DNA from: Octopus vulgaris
Lineage: Eukaryota
NCBI GenBank assembly: GCA_951406725.2
Contig: OX597817.1
Location: 13,392,001-13,456,000, forward strand
Direction: 5' to 3'
Length of the DNA: 64,000 nt
Of this stretch, positions 63,545-64,000 are shown piece after piece. Each line of letters opens with the position of its first letter. Positions within the stretch are counted from its first letter, which is position 1. The position numbers and the translations under genes are program-made. Below the pieces are notes generated by a model that did no database searches, had not been told where the DNA came from, and saw nothing but the letters and a program-made list of their open reading frames with translations.

Positions 63545-64000
63545 TTACACATTCAGCGGATCATTCTAGCTTCATTTCTTTTGAGCCTATGCATGACTTC
63601 AGCTGTCATGGTCCATGTTTCACTGCCGTGAAGCATGGCAGTTCACACACTTGCATCATACAATCTACCTTTCACTCTGAGCAAGAGGCCCTTTGTCACC
63701 AGTAGGGGTAGAAGCTTTCTGAACTTTGCTCAGACTATTCTTATTCTAGTGGTAACGCTCTCTGATAATCCACCCCCACTACAGACTTAGTCACCTAGGC
63801 AGGGGAAGTTATCAACTACTTCTAGTTTCTCCCTCTGGCATGTGATGGAATCTGTTTTCTGAGCATCTGTGGTGTTTATTGCCCCTGTGCATCAGCTGCA
63901 TGTGAAAGCTATCTTCATTATTAATCTTCCTTTGATGTTGCTGCACCTCTTATGTGTCCATAGCTTACACTGGGTACATCTTATGGATTTTCTACCTACA
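63545..64000 (-). mobile_element. RTE-clade LINE ORF2 C-terminal remnant
   Basis: KLEVVDNF.CLG...RIR...AKFRKLLPLL...VKGRLY...MLHGSETW...RNEARMIR with stops. Confidence 0.8.

Overview
AT-rich, intron-rich eukaryotic (animal) DNA. It is most likely a coleoid cephalopod (Octopus-like); this is an inference from the tRNA-SINE repertoire and microsatellite load. Two spliced + strand genes can be built by hand. (1) A probably secreted protein of about 425 aa with two von Willebrand factor A domains: six coding exons at 7324-27249, including 34-nt and 21-nt micro-exons; VWA1 has an intact MIDAS and VWA2 a degenerate one. (2) The first three coding exons of a GDAP1-family GST-fold gene (50520-62746, continuing past the window). 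Almost everything else is mobile DNA: at least four SINE-like families, CR1/L2, RTE, CRE-like and L1/Tx1-like LINE remnants, Penelope-like remnants, a full-length frameshifted mariner, several MITEs, and non-autonomous Helitrons. The most interesting signals are: a tandem pair of minimal type I hammerhead-like motifs with a non-canonical CUGUAGA core (47620-47832); an 813-bp fully palindromic derivative of a TTAGGG-bearing MITE, inserted as one unit with an 8-bp TSD (40757-41569); a sibling MITE carrying a joined copy of two pieces of its own flank; and several inverted repeat pairs positioned to form intronic dsRNA. Most ORFs in the supplied track are microsatellite or SINE artefacts. All coordinates were read by eye; repeat boundaries may be off by several bases.
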